The notes under the pieces: model-generated
Told to the model about the DNA's origin: nothing
The model's input: only the letters and a program-made list of their open reading frames with translations
The model's database searches: none
Translations under genes and position numbers: made by a program
Shown: positions 24,943 through 34,814 of the stretch, piece after piece
Layout: each line of letters opens with the position of its first letter
Numbering within the stretch: the first letter of the stretch is position 1
Virus record (IMG/VR): IMGVR_UViG_3300045117_000178
Location: 1-59,847 of that record
Reading direction: 5' to 3' (one strand)
DNA length: 59,847 nucleotides
DNA from: a virus
Lineage: Duplodnaviria > Caudoviricetes

Positions 24943-27900
24943 TCAGATGATGAGGGTCAGGCGGATGTAGTTGCAGGGATACGGAACGTCCAGGGTGACG
25001 TCGATCAGGACCGTGTCGGGCGCGTCCTTGTCCTGGATGATGTTGTTGAGGTCGCCTCCGATCAGGACACCAGCCTCCGTGAGGAAGGCCAGCTGGCCCT
25101 GGATCACAGTGCTCAGGGTGTCCAGGAAGCCCTGGGTGATGTTGAACTTCCCGATGAAGTTCCGCAGGCCCGCCCGCATGAACTTGGCCGTGAAGTCCAC
25201 CACCTTCGTGATGGAGAGCTCGCGCGTCTCGATCGAGGTCAGGTCGGTGGTGAGCTGGTGCCTGCAGGTGAGCGGGCCGCCAGCCACCTCCTGGATGACC
25301 CAGTAGACACCGCCGGCCGCCCCGATGTTGAGCTGGCGCTCGCTGAACTTGTCGTTCGAGCCCACCACCCGCGTGAAGCCGGTGATGGGGAAGTTGGTGA
25401 AGCCCTGCTGCGGCGGCTGCATGCCGATCATGCCGGCGACAGCCGCGCAGATGTAGAAGGCGGGGATGAGCTGCTCGAGGCCCTTGATGGAGGCCCCGCA
25501 CTGGTCGGGGCCGATCATGACCAGACGCCGATCGGCGTAGCTCTGGCCGAGCGCCGCGTAGGTCTCGACCATCTCCTGCTTGCTCGTGACCACCGCCCCG
25601 CGCACCTTGATGCTGAACTCCTCGGAGATCAGCGTGCTGGGCAGATTGGTCATGGAGTAGAAGTTGTCGTCGTTCTCGCCCGGCGCGAACGTCACGCGGA
25701 CGGTGAGCTTGGTGCCGGTGACGGTCGAGACGCTGTACTTCTTGCTGTCGCTGGCAATGTCGAGGTAGACGCCGTCTTCCACCGTGATGGTCCCGGACGG
25801 ATCCACGCCCGCCGCCAGCAGCAAGGCGGCCAGGTTCGAGAGCTTGGTGTCGAGCTCGTTGGTGATGCCGGTGCTGTCGGCGTCCGTCCCGCTGCCGACG
25901 AGCGTGTCGACCTTGCGCGCTGGCATCGGCGGGTTGAACACCAGGATGCGCTCGCCGCGGCTGTCGGGCTCGCTCATGTAGTTGACGTGGGTCTGCCACA
26001 TCTGGTGAACGACCGCCTCCTGGGTCAGCGGCGCGATGCCGTAGACCTCCTCGCTCTCGAGGAAGGCCGCCGCCAGGCTGTAGGCCTCGAGCGTGCCGTA
26101 GGGCGCGTCGTCGGTGACGGCGTCCACACCCAGGCCGCTGACGGTCACGCCCGGAGAGTTCAGGAGCGCGAAGAACAGACCGAGGGACAGCGGGCTGTCG
26201 CTGGTGATCGGCTCCATCGCAGCCTCGAGCTCGGTCGTGCTCTCGAAGGTCAGCATCGAGGGGTTGGCGGCCGCCGCCGTGACGTCCAGGCGCAGAGCCT
26301 TGTAGGTCAGCATCAGCGGGTTCATGGCCAACGACACCGGCAGGCCGCGGGTGTCGCGCAGGATGTCCTGCTTGACCGTGACGTTGCCAGCGAGGTCCAC
26401 CACGAGATCCGGCCGGGGGCGCGTGGCCGGCAGCGTGCTCGGGATGTTCTTGGCCTGGATGTAGAAGCTGCGCTTCTTGAACGTCGCGAACGTCTGCTGG
26501 GTGTCGATGCGCAGGTCCGTGGGAGTCCCGCCCGGAGACACCTGGACGATCGTGCCGACGTACTCACCCTCGGCGTAGAGCGCGTCGCCCTCCTTCGGCT
26601 TGAAGGCCCGGCCGTTGACCACGGCGTTGTCGGTGAAGCCGAGAGTGGCGTTGGCCGTCCCCATGCCGATCTCGATCTTCGACTCGTCGCCGAGCTTGGT
26701 CGAGGCCAGCACCAGGTTGTTGGAGACGACCGAAGCGAAGCCAGCCCCCATCGTGGCGTTGATGGCGGTCGCGAGCTCGGCCTGCGTCAGCCACTGGTAG
26801 ATGTTGTCCACACCCGTGAAGCCGATGGCCGTGAACGCCGTGCTGGTGGCGTCCACCCAGATGATGCCACCGGCATCGGTCGACCCACCCACCTGGAAGC
26901 TGATGTACGTGCCGGCAGGGTCTGCCACACCGCTGCCGTTCGACCGGTAGCACACGGTCTGGCTGCACTGGGTGTTGATGGCGGTGATCGCAGCAGCGAT
27001 GTCAGCGGGCGTGGCGAACGTCACGGTCTTGAGCGTGCCGTTGACGTTGAGCTTGAGCTGGTTGGTGCCAGGCGAGCTGTAGGGGTTGGTCGGGGTGATC
27101 GGGCCGCCGTTGAACGTGATGGTCTGCGGCGGCAGGCCGTCCAGCTGCACGATGAACGTCTTGCGGTGGACGTAGATCGTGGAAGCCGGCAGCGTCGTGG
27201 TTCCGGTGAGGCTGGCCGCGGTCGGGTCCAGCCCGAAGTCCTCCGAAGGGAACCTGATCAGCGGGCTCTTCGTGTCGCCGTTGCCATCATCCACGCCGTA
27301 CAGGACGTAGGCCTCGGTGTTGTCGGTCAGGCCCAGGACGGTGTTGCCCGTACCCGTGCCGACCTTGATGTAGCCCTTCAGGCTCTTGAGCAGGAGCTTG
27401 TTGGACCCGCCGTCGTAGGCGTACGTGCCGTTGAGGCTGCTGTTGATCTTGTAGAGCAGGGAGTCGCCCATGCCGCCCTGACCGGCAGTGAAGCCGATCG
27501 CGGACCAGGCGGTCGATCCGGTCTCGATGAGACGGATGTGATCGCCCGTAGGGGTGGCCCCGCCGACCTGGAACGTGATGTACGTGCCGCCGCCATCAGG
27601 CGTTCCATCGGCCAGCGAACGGAAGGCCACGGGCGCTCCGAACTGGCTGTTGATCTGTGTGACGGCCGCGGCGATGTCAGCCGGGGTCGCGAACGTGATG
27701 GTGACCGGAGTGAGGTTGTTCTTTTGGATCACCAGCGTGTTGGTACCCACCGCGCTGTAGACGTTGCCCGGCGTCACGTGCGTACCGTCGAGCGCGTGCA
27801 TCTCGCCAGTGAAACTCACCGTCTGCTCGGCGGCTCCCATCTCGACCACGAGCTTCAGCGTCGTGTTCTTCAGCGTGGTCGTGGGGAACGTGATGGCCGA

Positions 27901-28590
27901 CCCCAGGATGAACGACATGATGCCGTTCCGGAGGAAGGTCTCCGTCCGCTTGACCTCCTGCAGGGTGCTTCCGGTGTTGATGAACACCCTGATGGAGTCC
28001 TCGTCGAAGTCGATCTCGTCGATGTTCCCGCGCGGGTCGGGGAAGCTCAGCTGATCGATGTAGGCCTTGTCCTGCTTGTAGGTCGACAGCCCGTAGGCCG
28101 TCCACCAGGGCAGGAAGCCCAGGGGCGTGTTGGCGTCGCCGTCCAAGATCTGGAGGGTCTGCCCGTCGCCCTTGCTCGTGCCCTTCAACAGGACGTACGT
28201 GCTCGCGCCGATCGTGACGGTGTAGGCCGTCCAGCCCGAGGGCGCGGCGCTGAGGATCTGCGCCTTCACCTGGTCGGCGGTCAGGTTCACGGCCGTCGGG
28301 TCCGAGAACGTGACCTCCTGCGCGGCCCCGCCGTTGACGCTGACCTTCAGCTTCTTGCCATCCAGGCCGACGTAGGGCTGTGCCTGCAGCGCGAGGATGA
28401 CCGGAGGCATGCTGATCACGGCATCGGTGTTGGCGACGTTGTTGCCGGAGGCGTCCTGCTTGTAGGCTTCCACCAGCTGGAACGCCGGGCCGACCACGCA
28501 CGGGACGAGCGTTGGCTGCACGATCGTCGGGCTGGTCGTTCGGAACTGCTGGATGATGGAGATGCCTGGACGGGGAAGCTCGTTGGCCAT
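24943..28590 (-). CDS. Tail sheath protein with large inserted repeat domains
   Basis: N-term RPGISI, C-term RHQLTTD...RELSITKVVDF...VPYPCNYIRLT; 1215 aa. Confidence 0.88.
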   Translation of the reverse strand: MANELPRPGISIIQQFRTTSPTIVQPTLVPCVVGPAFQLVEAYKQDASGNNVANTDAVISMPPVILALQAQPYVGLDGKKLKVSVNGGAAQEVTFSDPTAVNLTADQVKAQILSAAPSGWTAYTVTIGASTYVLLKGTSKGDGQTLQILDGDANTPLGFLPWWTAYGLSTYKQDKAYIDQLSFPDPRGNIDEIDFDEDSIRVFINTGSTLQEVKRTETFLRNGIMSFILGSAITFPTTTLKNTTLKLVVEMGAAEQTVSFTGEMHALDGTHVTPGNVYSAVGTNTLVIQKNNLTPVTITFATPADIAAAVTQINSQFGAPVAFRSLADGTPDGGGTYITFQVGGATPTGDHIRLIETGSTAWSAIGFTAGQGGMGDSLLYKINSSLNGTYAYDGGSNKLLLKSLKGYIKVGTGTGNTVLGLTDNTEAYVLYGVDDGNGDTKSPLIRFPSEDFGLDPTAASLTGTTTLPASTIYVHRKTFIVQLDGLPPQTITFNGGPITPTNPYSSPGTNQLKLNVNGTLKTVTFATPADIAAAITAINTQCSQTVCYRSNGSGVADPAGTYISFQVGGSTDAGGIIWVDATSTAFTAIGFTGVDNIYQWLTQAELATAINATMGAGFASVVSNNLVLASTKLGDESKIEIGMGTANATLGFTDNAVVNGRAFKPKEGDALYAEGEYVGTIVQVSPGGTPTDLRIDTQQTFATFKKRSFYIQAKNIPSTLPATRPRPDLVVDLAGNVTVKQDILRDTRGLPVSLAMNPLMLTYKALRLDVTAAAANPSMLTFESTTELEAAMEPITSDSPLSLGLFFALLNSPGVTVSGLGVDAVTDDAPYGTLEAYSLAAAFLESEEVYGIAPLTQEAVVHQMWQTHVNYMSEPDSRGERILVFNPPMPARKVDTLVGSGTDADSTGITNELDTKLSNLAALLLAAGVDPSGTITVEDGVYLDIASDSKKYSVSTVTGTKLTVRVTFAPGENDDNFYSMTNLPSTLISEEFSIKVRGAVVTSKQEMVETYAALGQSYADRRLVMIGPDQCGASIKGLEQLIPAFYICAAVAGMIGMQPPQQGFTNFPITGFTRVVGSNDKFSERQLNIGAAGGVYWVIQEVAGGPLTCRHQLTTDLTSIETRELSITKVVDFTAKFMRAGLRNFIGKFNITQGFLDTLSTVIQGQLAFLTEAGVLIGGDLNNIIQDKDAPDTVLIDVTLDVPYPCNYIRLTLII

Positions 28591-29358
28591 TTAGGACTCC
28601 TTCTTCACGTTCAAGGACTGCTGGAAGGCGACCCCTCTGATGACCCTTCCCCGGATCCGTGGAGCGTTGGGAGTCGTTCCCCGCAGCTGGTCACGGACTG
28701 GAGTCTGTTGGGCCTGGACTTCGCCTCGGATGCTCATCCTCATTTCGATGTTTTGGATCAGGTTCTGCTGCGGCGTGACTCTGCCGTAGACTTGAAGGTG
28801 GAAGGGGACCTGCACGGTCGTGCAGATCCATTCACCCTCGGTGTCGCCCGACACGATGGCCCCGGCCGGTGAGGGGCTGCCGATGCTGATACCGCGTCCG
28901 AGCTCGTGGATCTTGGTGTGCTTCATGAACAGCTCACGAAGCAGCCACACGTGGTTGGCCACGACCCATGCGATGTACTCGCTCTCGAGGTCGACCTGCG
29001 AGCAGCAGTTGATGGAGATCGTACCGGGCAACAGGTCCGTCTTCTGCTTCGCACCCGTCACCTGATCGAGCTTCTGCATCTCGTCCAGGGACGTTTGCCC
29101 CCAACGCACGGGACCTCGAACCACAGTGATTCCGGGTCGTTTGCCCACGACGTCCAGGCGCAAGGGTGCCTCATCGGTGATGACGAGCTCGGTGTCCTCC
29201 AACGACGGATCCCACTTGAAGCACCCGGGGTCTTGCGCCTCGAACAGCCCGTGTAGGAACGAGAGCATGGACTTCCGCACCATGAGGAGCGGCTGCTCTG
29301 CCCACGTGGCCACCGCTGCGCTAGCGGTCGTCCCTTTGGGTGGTAGCGGCGTCGTCAC
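28591..29358 (-). CDS. Putative tail terminator/neck protein
   Basis: Immediately upstream of sheath; RPGITVVRG motif. Confidence 0.55.
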   Translation of the reverse strand: MTTPLPPKGTTASAAVATWAEQPLLMVRKSMLSFLHGLFEAQDPGCFKWDPSLEDTELVITDEAPLRLDVVGKRPGITVVRGPVRWGQTSLDEMQKLDQVTGAKQKTDLLPGTISINCCSQVDLESEYIAWVVANHVWLLRELFMKHTKIHELGRGISIGSPSPAGAIVSGDTEGEWICTTVQVPFHLQVYGRVTPQQNLIQNIEMRMSIRGEVQAQQTPVRDQLRGTTPNAPRIRGRVIRGVAFQQSLNVKKES

Positions 29359-29698
29359 CGGACACCTTTCTCACCAGCTCATCCACGAGCTTGTTGCCAG
29401 CCAAGGTATATCCTGCACCCAAACCTGCCCCTATGGGAACAGCATATCTGAGGAAGGACGCGGCCCTGGGGCCCACTCCCTTCTCCAGAAGGTAGCGCTC
29501 GAGCGGGCGACCTACGAGTCTGGCTGTGCCGTAGCCGACTCCCACAGCGCCGGCTGCCGGGATGCCGTAGCGCAGGAGCTTGCCGAGCATGCCGGGTTGG
29601 ATCTGCCGTGGCTCTTCACGCACCAGCGGTCGATCTTCAACCGGGATCTCGCTCGAGATCTTCTCCAGCTCGTCCCAGAAGGCGGCGTAGTCGATCAT
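29321..29698 (-). CDS. AFWDELEKIS-tagged two-helix Gly-zipper protein
   Basis: ATGA coupling; MIDYAAFWDELEKIS; two hydrophobic segments. Confidence 0.7.
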   Translation of the reverse strand: MIDYAAFWDELEKISSEIPVEDRPLVREEPRQIQPGMLGKLLRYGIPAAGAVGVGYGTARLVGRPLERYLLEKGVGPRAASFLRYAVPIGAGLGAGYTLAGNKLVDELVRKVSGDDAATTQRDDR

Positions 29699-30540
29699 GC
29701 TGCACCTGCCGCGACCTGTTGTTCTGCCATGGGTACTTCCTGCCTCTTCCGGAGAGCCTGCCTCACCTTCCTGATGACGTATGGTGCCGCGACCCACGGC
29801 GCGGCGTGACCTGCGTACGTCAGGAACGCCTTACCCAATTGTCGTCGAGCGATCGCCAGCTCCGCAGGTGATGCAGACATCCTCTTCAGTGCCCCATATC
29901 CTTTGAGCGAAGCGTACGCCTCTTCTCCAAGGATGGGCGCAGTGCCAGCCAGAGCAAGCAGCGGTGCGGCTTTGGCGGCCGTACTGTCCGGGTCAGCAGC
30001 AAGCGCAACTCCGGGTGCTACCGCTTGTTGCACTACGGGGCCGAGACGTCGCAGCGGAACCTGTAAGCGACCCAGGCCCCTGGCTGCCGCCTCGTGCCCA
30101 AGTTCGTGCGCCAGGATGTGCCTGCCCACGTTCGGGGGCGATATGATCACATTTTTACTGAGTTGTGATATGAATTCTTTCGGTGCGCCTTTTCTACGCA
30201 GCTCCTCTAGTGCTTCCGGGTAGATACCATGCGGGTATCTACCCGCATGCTCCACCTCACCGCCAAGAACTATCGACGCCCCGGGGGCGATCTTTTCGGA
30301 CAGCCGAAGTGCATCACTTTCAGTCGTTGCCATGGGGTGGGAAGTGATGTCTCGCGTGAAGACGTGGTGTGCCAGACCTCCCAGACCTCTGCTTGCTACG
30401 AGTGCAGATCCCACCCCAGCGGCCCCAGCACCTATCCGATTCATCACCTCACGTTCGGTATCGGTGACCTCACCTCCAGGCAGTGAGATCGCAATCTTCT
30501 CCAGTTCGTCCCAGAACCCAGCCAGAAGATGCTCATCCAT
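29695..30540 (-). CDS. GFWDELEKIA-tagged zinc metallopeptidase
   Basis: ILAHELGH (HExxH) plus EEAYAS..G; hydrophobic helices. Confidence 0.7.
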   Translation of the reverse strand: MDEHLLAGFWDELEKIAISLPGGEVTDTEREVMNRIGAGAAGVGSALVASRGLGGLAHHVFTRDITSHPMATTESDALRLSEKIAPGASIVLGGEVEHAGRYPHGIYPEALEELRRKGAPKEFISQLSKNVIISPPNVGRHILAHELGHEAAARGLGRLQVPLRRLGPVVQQAVAPGVALAADPDSTAAKAAPLLALAGTAPILGEEAYASLKGYGALKRMSASPAELAIARRQLGKAFLTYAGHAAPWVAAPYVIRKVRQALRKRQEVPMAEQQVAAGAA

Positions 30541-31438
30541 TTCGATACCCGTAGGCCGTCAGCACCGCGAGGATGTCCTCCTCGTTGGTCGCGGCCTCCA
30601 AGTTCTGCGGACGACTGAAGTTCCTCTCGGCGCTGGGCTCGAGAGCGGTCAGATCGTCCACGTTGACGGGCAGTGCGAACTCAACGTCGCTCTTTGAGAT
30701 CTCGTGCAGCGTGATTTCCTGATGCACGGGGGCTCGCAGGCGCTCTGTGGTGGCCACGCGGACGACACGCCATCGCCTGTTCTCGTGCTCGACCAGGACG
30801 TCGTCCGGCTTCAACATGGGGTAGGCCCCAAGCCGCGCGGACGTGTTCACCTGCTGGGTGCTGCCGGTCTGGATCTGCTGATCGGCTTTCGGGCTTGGAT
30901 CGAACTGGACCCAGATCTGGACCGGGTCGAGGTAGCCGCGAACGTACTGGGAGTCGAAGCACGTGGGACAGTTGCTTCTGATCTTCCTGTACGTTCCGCT
31001 CTTGCCGATGTCCATGCAGTGCGGGCAGTACTGTCCGAACGTGCGCTTCGGGAACAGCCAGCACATGCGCCCGATGTGCTCTCGCAGTACCGTCTGCTCG
31101 AGCAGTTGGATCTCGATCGCGATCAAGTCCGGCTCGGCGATCTGCGTCGTGCTCTTCGAGTACCCGACGTTCTCGGGATCGGACTTCTTCGCGCTTCGAA
31201 TGCGGTAGTAGTAGAAGCGCCACCGGTGCTGGAGATTGACGCGGGTGTCGATGAAGCGATAGCGATCGCTGAACGGCCCGCCGAGGGTATCGAACGGGCC
31301 CTCCGGACTCTCGCTACGCTCGATGGTCCAGTCGAAGTCGTAGGGATCGAGGACCGTGTCCTTGATCTCCCATGTTACTTCCAGCGAGTCGGCAGAGAGA
31401 CTGCGGACCCGCAGGTTCTGGAAGTCGAAGTTCGACAC
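30533..31438 (-). CDS. Putative head-closure/neck protein with Fn3-like N-terminus and Zn site
   Basis: LEVTW...YYYRIRS; CPHC...CPTC; P.LKPDDVLVE..NRRWRV. Confidence 0.55.
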   Translation of the reverse strand: MSNFDFQNLRVRSLSADSLEVTWEIKDTVLDPYDFDWTIERSESPEGPFDTLGGPFSDRYRFIDTRVNLQHRWRFYYYRIRSAKKSDPENVGYSKSTTQIAEPDLIAIEIQLLEQTVLREHIGRMCWLFPKRTFGQYCPHCMDIGKSGTYRKIRSNCPTCFDSQYVRGYLDPVQIWVQFDPSPKADQQIQTGSTQQVNTSARLGAYPMLKPDDVLVEHENRRWRVVRVATTERLRAPVHQEITLHEISKSDVEFALPVNVDDLTALEPSAERNFSRPQNLEAATNEEDILAVLTAYGYRNG

Positions 31439-31441
31439 CCA

Positions 31442-32428
31442 CTACCCCGCGGCCTTCGCTGCCGCCTTCGCCGCTGCCGCCTCTGCAAGGGCCCTCTTCT
31501 TGGCGAGGTAGATTTCCATCTCCTCGGGCGTGGCACGGGCGGTCCTTCCTCCGAGGTAGCCTCCGCCGATGTCCCCCGCCAACCCACCGACAGTCTGCCC
31601 AATCAGACCACCCGCCTCTCCACCGAGCGCGCCGCCCAGCAGACTACCACCGAGCTGACCGACGGCGTTGCCGATAACGCCCCCGCCGAGACCTCTCCAG
31701 AACCCAGATCGAGGGGTGGACTCCGGGTCACCTTGGGCGAAGTAGCCGGTGAGCGCGCCGGGAGTGAGTGCGATCTTCACAGCCGCCTGCTTCATCTTCT
31801 CGGCCGTGACCTTCACGGCAGCCCGACGAACGTGCTCGGGTGCGCCCTTGGTGGCCTTGAGCGCTTGCCGCACGACCTTGGCCTTCTCCTGGGCTTCGGG
31901 CGTGGTGAACTCGTCCGCCTTCTCGAAGTCGGCGGTCTTGTGACAGCCGATGTTGGCGATCTTGGTACGAAGAGAGGCGAGCTTCATGGTCTCGCTCTCC
32001 ATCCGCGCCAGGGACCTGCCCCAGCTGTCAGCCCACGCGATCTTGGCCGACGCTTCCTTGCCGATGTCGGGGAACTTCTCGTGGACCTTGCGCTCGACCA
32101 TCTCCTTCTCGGCCGGAGTCCCATGCTGGGCCACGCGGGCGAGCGCATTGCGGGCGTGCTTGCGGTCGGGGATAGGGTAGGCTCCCTTGGCCTCGCCCTT
32201 GACCTCGGTGCCGGCGCGCTCGGCCTTCTTCTTGGGCACGGCGAAGCTCTTGGCTGGCAGGCTCTCCCGCCGCTCGAGGCTCATGGTGCCAGCGGTCTTC
32301 TCACCCATGGCGATCTTGAGCAGCTCGTCAGTCGACAGCTTCATGAGCTGGTCCTCGAGCGAGACGGCCGCGACCTTCTCTTGCTCGCCGTTGTAGATGC
32401 TCTCCAGGTACGAGTTCAAGGTTTCCAT
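31442..32428 (-). CDS. KxA-rich putative internal head protein with DUF6582-like domain and Gly zipper
   Basis: ~10 KxA motifs; LPAKSFA.P...YPIPD..HARNALARV; C-terminal GxxxG repeats. Confidence 0.7.
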   Translation of the reverse strand: METLNSYLESIYNGEQEKVAAVSLEDQLMKLSTDELLKIAMGEKTAGTMSLERRESLPAKSFAVPKKKAERAGTEVKGEAKGAYPIPDRKHARNALARVAQHGTPAEKEMVERKVHEKFPDIGKEASAKIAWADSWGRSLARMESETMKLASLRTKIANIGCHKTADFEKADEFTTPEAQEKAKVVRQALKATKGAPEHVRRAAVKVTAEKMKQAAVKIALTPGALTGYFAQGDPESTPRSGFWRGLGGGVIGNAVGQLGGSLLGGALGGEAGGLIGQTVGGLAGDIGGGYLGGRTARATPEEMEIYLAKKRALAEAAAAKAAAKAAG

Positions 32429-32441
32429 AGGATCACCTTTC

Positions 32442-34343
32442 CTACTTCTTCGCGACGTGCTGTAGCAGTGACTTCACGCCCTTGACGATCGATGGAGCCG
32501 CCAGCGCGCCAGCTGTTGCCCCAGTCAGCGCGGCGATGGCGGCCGCCGCACGAGGATGTTCACGATTGGTCTTGGCTGTGTCGTGTGCCGCACGGGTGAG
32601 GATCGTCTGGTACTTTCCGATCACACCCTTGTCCTTGTCGGACTCCAGCCTCTTGAGCCTGTGGGCCAGCACGACCTCCTTGTCCGACTTCCCGCCCTTT
32701 CCCGAGCGATCGGTCAGTCCTTGGATACCGGCGGCGGCCAGCCCACCGATGGCCGCGCCTGCCGCACGCTGACCCCAGCTCGCGTTCTTCAGCAGGCGAT
32801 GAGCATCGGCCTTGTACTGGTGGGCATCCTCCGCATCGGCCTTCAGCCACTCATGGGCGAAGCGCAGCTGTTCGGCCTTGCTGCCGCCGTGCGGGAAGTG
32901 CCCATGAGTGGTGATCTGGTGGATCTCATCGTCGGTGTATGGCTTCAGGCCGTGCTTCGTCACCAGCTCCGGGATCTTCTTCCTCACCTCTGGGTGGAAG
33001 CCGCGCGGGCCATCGAAGTCAGAGTTCTTCTCCAGCTGTCCGGGCGTGTGATCGGTGGAGATACCGTAGCGGCGGTTCGGGATCGCGTTGATCGCGTCCG
33101 CCGTCTTAACGAAAGGGCGTCGAACCGCTGCGCCCTTGAAGGCTTCCTGCTTCATGGAAGTCGGGGGCGGTGGTAGGATCTTGCGCTTCGTCTGGCTGCG
33201 AATCAGCTTCTCTTCCGCAGTTGCTACTGCCTTCTGCAATGCCTCACCCTCAGGACTGAAGGGTTTCTTCTTCATCGAGGCCTTGAATACGCGCTCGAGC
33301 CGCTTCGCACCTGCGGTCTTGCTTGCGGCCACCGCGCTCTCGGCCAGCCCCAAGGCATGCTGGTGCTCGGCGTCGTTGGCCTCGGCATCCTCCTGGTCGC
33401 GCGCTGCGATCTCTCCCTGGACGGCGTCGAGCAGATCCATGAGCTCGTCGTCTTCCATCTCCGCGAGCTGGCCTTCGACGTCCTCTGGCCCCGCACCTTC
33501 CGGCATCGGCTCGGCGACCGGCATGCCTGGGGGCATCTCTGCAGTCCCCGGCGACAGCATCGGAGGCACGGCCTCCGATTGCTTCTCCTGTCCTGGCTGC
33601 GGGGCAGCCTGCTGCGGGGCAGCCTGCTGTGGGGCAGCCTGCTGGCCGGCCGCGGCCGGGTCGATGGGCTGCCCGGTGTTGGGGTCGACAGCCATCTCGG
33701 GCGCGGGCGGCGCAGTCGGATCGCTGAGGGCGAGCTGTTGCAGCTGCTGCCTGTAATCCTGGATGCCTTGGCGCAGGCGCATCAGCTCCTCGTTGGCGGC
33801 CATCGATGCCGTCTGGCTCTGCTGGAGCTGCGCGCCCATCTCCTGCTGGGTGGCCTGGAGCTGCTGAGTCGCCTGATCGGCCGCCTGCTGTGCCTGCTGC
33901 GCCTGTTGGCTGGCCTGCTCTGCGCCGGCCTCCGCGGCCTCTGCCCGCTGGGTGGTCTCCTGGAGCTTCTGCTCCATGAAGGCGGCTTCGTTCTCGGCCT
34001 GGATCTGTCCGAGCTCGGCGTCTTCTTGGACGCGCGCCATCGCGCGCTGGTATTCCAGCTCCTCCGGTGTGATCCCCATGCCCTCGGCGTCATGGATGTT
34101 CGGCTGCTGAACCTCCGGGCGCACGCGCTCGCGGACTCCCTCACTGATGAGAGAGCCGGGATCGATCTTCCCGTAGTTGCTGCCGTAGCCACCCATGCGC
34201 TCGCCCTCGGGCATGCTCTGGGGGTTGCCGAGGTCGGCCTTCTTCCTGATGCTCGCGCGCTTCACGCGAACGAAGTAGGAGGCGGCCTTCTCCCACGGGA
34301 TGCTGCGATCACCCTGGATCGCTCTTTCGAGATCGCGACTCAT
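32442..34343 (-). CDS. KxA-rich coiled-coil putative internal head protein
   Basis: Q-rich coil, QQAAP repeats, KTA/KNA/KRA motifs, C-terminal hydrophobic helices. Confidence 0.7.
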   Translation of the reverse strand: MSRDLERAIQGDRSIPWEKAASYFVRVKRASIRKKADLGNPQSMPEGERMGGYGSNYGKIDPGSLISEGVRERVRPEVQQPNIHDAEGMGITPEELEYQRAMARVQEDAELGQIQAENEAAFMEQKLQETTQRAEAAEAGAEQASQQAQQAQQAADQATQQLQATQQEMGAQLQQSQTASMAANEELMRLRQGIQDYRQQLQQLALSDPTAPPAPEMAVDPNTGQPIDPAAAGQQAAPQQAAPQQAAPQPGQEKQSEAVPPMLSPGTAEMPPGMPVAEPMPEGAGPEDVEGQLAEMEDDELMDLLDAVQGEIAARDQEDAEANDAEHQHALGLAESAVAASKTAGAKRLERVFKASMKKKPFSPEGEALQKAVATAEEKLIRSQTKRKILPPPPTSMKQEAFKGAAVRRPFVKTADAINAIPNRRYGISTDHTPGQLEKNSDFDGPRGFHPEVRKKIPELVTKHGLKPYTDDEIHQITTHGHFPHGGSKAEQLRFAHEWLKADAEDAHQYKADAHRLLKNASWGQRAAGAAIGGLAAAGIQGLTDRSGKGGKSDKEVVLAHRLKRLESDKDKGVIGKYQTILTRAAHDTAKTNREHPRAAAAIAALTGATAGALAAPSIVKGVKSLLQHVAKK

Positions 34344-34352
34344 GATGATCTC

Positions 34353-34805
34353 CTACTTGTCGTACGTCAGGAAGAACACGTTCGAAGTGTTGTTGTGCTC
34401 GAGCGCCAGGAAGTCGGTCTTCAAGATCTTGGCCGCCCCAACGGTTCCAGCCGCCAGCCCCAAGGGGGCCATGGCCGTTCCGCTCGCCAGCACGTCGGCG
34501 TCTTTCACGAGCACGATCTGCGCCGTCCGCTCGAGCGCGCCGTACCCGTAGTTCCGCACACCGGACGTCGTCTGGCCCGTCCCAGTCACGGCGTTGTTGA
34601 TGTAGGCCACGATGTCGTTGAGCTTGGCCGTCTCCCACGCGACGGTGTTGGGGAACGTGATGGTCTTGGCCGGGGTCTTGAAGACCAGCGTGAGGTTGCG
34701 GACGTTCACACCCTTCTGCGGGTCGATGGGGACTGTACCCACGATCAAGCCCTGCAGGAAGTCTTGACACTCCTGCCGGCTCTTGAACTCCTTGATGTAG
34801 ATCAT
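34353..34805 (-). CDS. Virion structural hypothetical protein
   Basis: GGAGGAG RBS; context. Confidence 0.7.
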   Translation of the reverse strand: MIYIKEFKSRQECQDFLQGLIVGTVPIDPQKGVNVRNLTLVFKTPAKTITFPNTVAWETAKLNDIVAYINNAVTGTGQTTSGVRNYGYGALERTAQIVLVKDADVLASGTAMAPLGLAAGTVGAAKILKTDFLALEHNNTSNVFFLTYDK

Positions 34806-34814
34806 GTGCTCCTC

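Noticed and set aside
25258-28872. 1204-aa + strand ORF and other long antisense ORFs (30704..32485, 33357..35537, 36325..37467)
   Set aside because: Shadow frames of GC-biased minus-strand genes; no RBS or recognisable motifs
33596-33645. 15-bp tandem repeats
   Set aside because: Encode a QQAAP linker; protein low complexity
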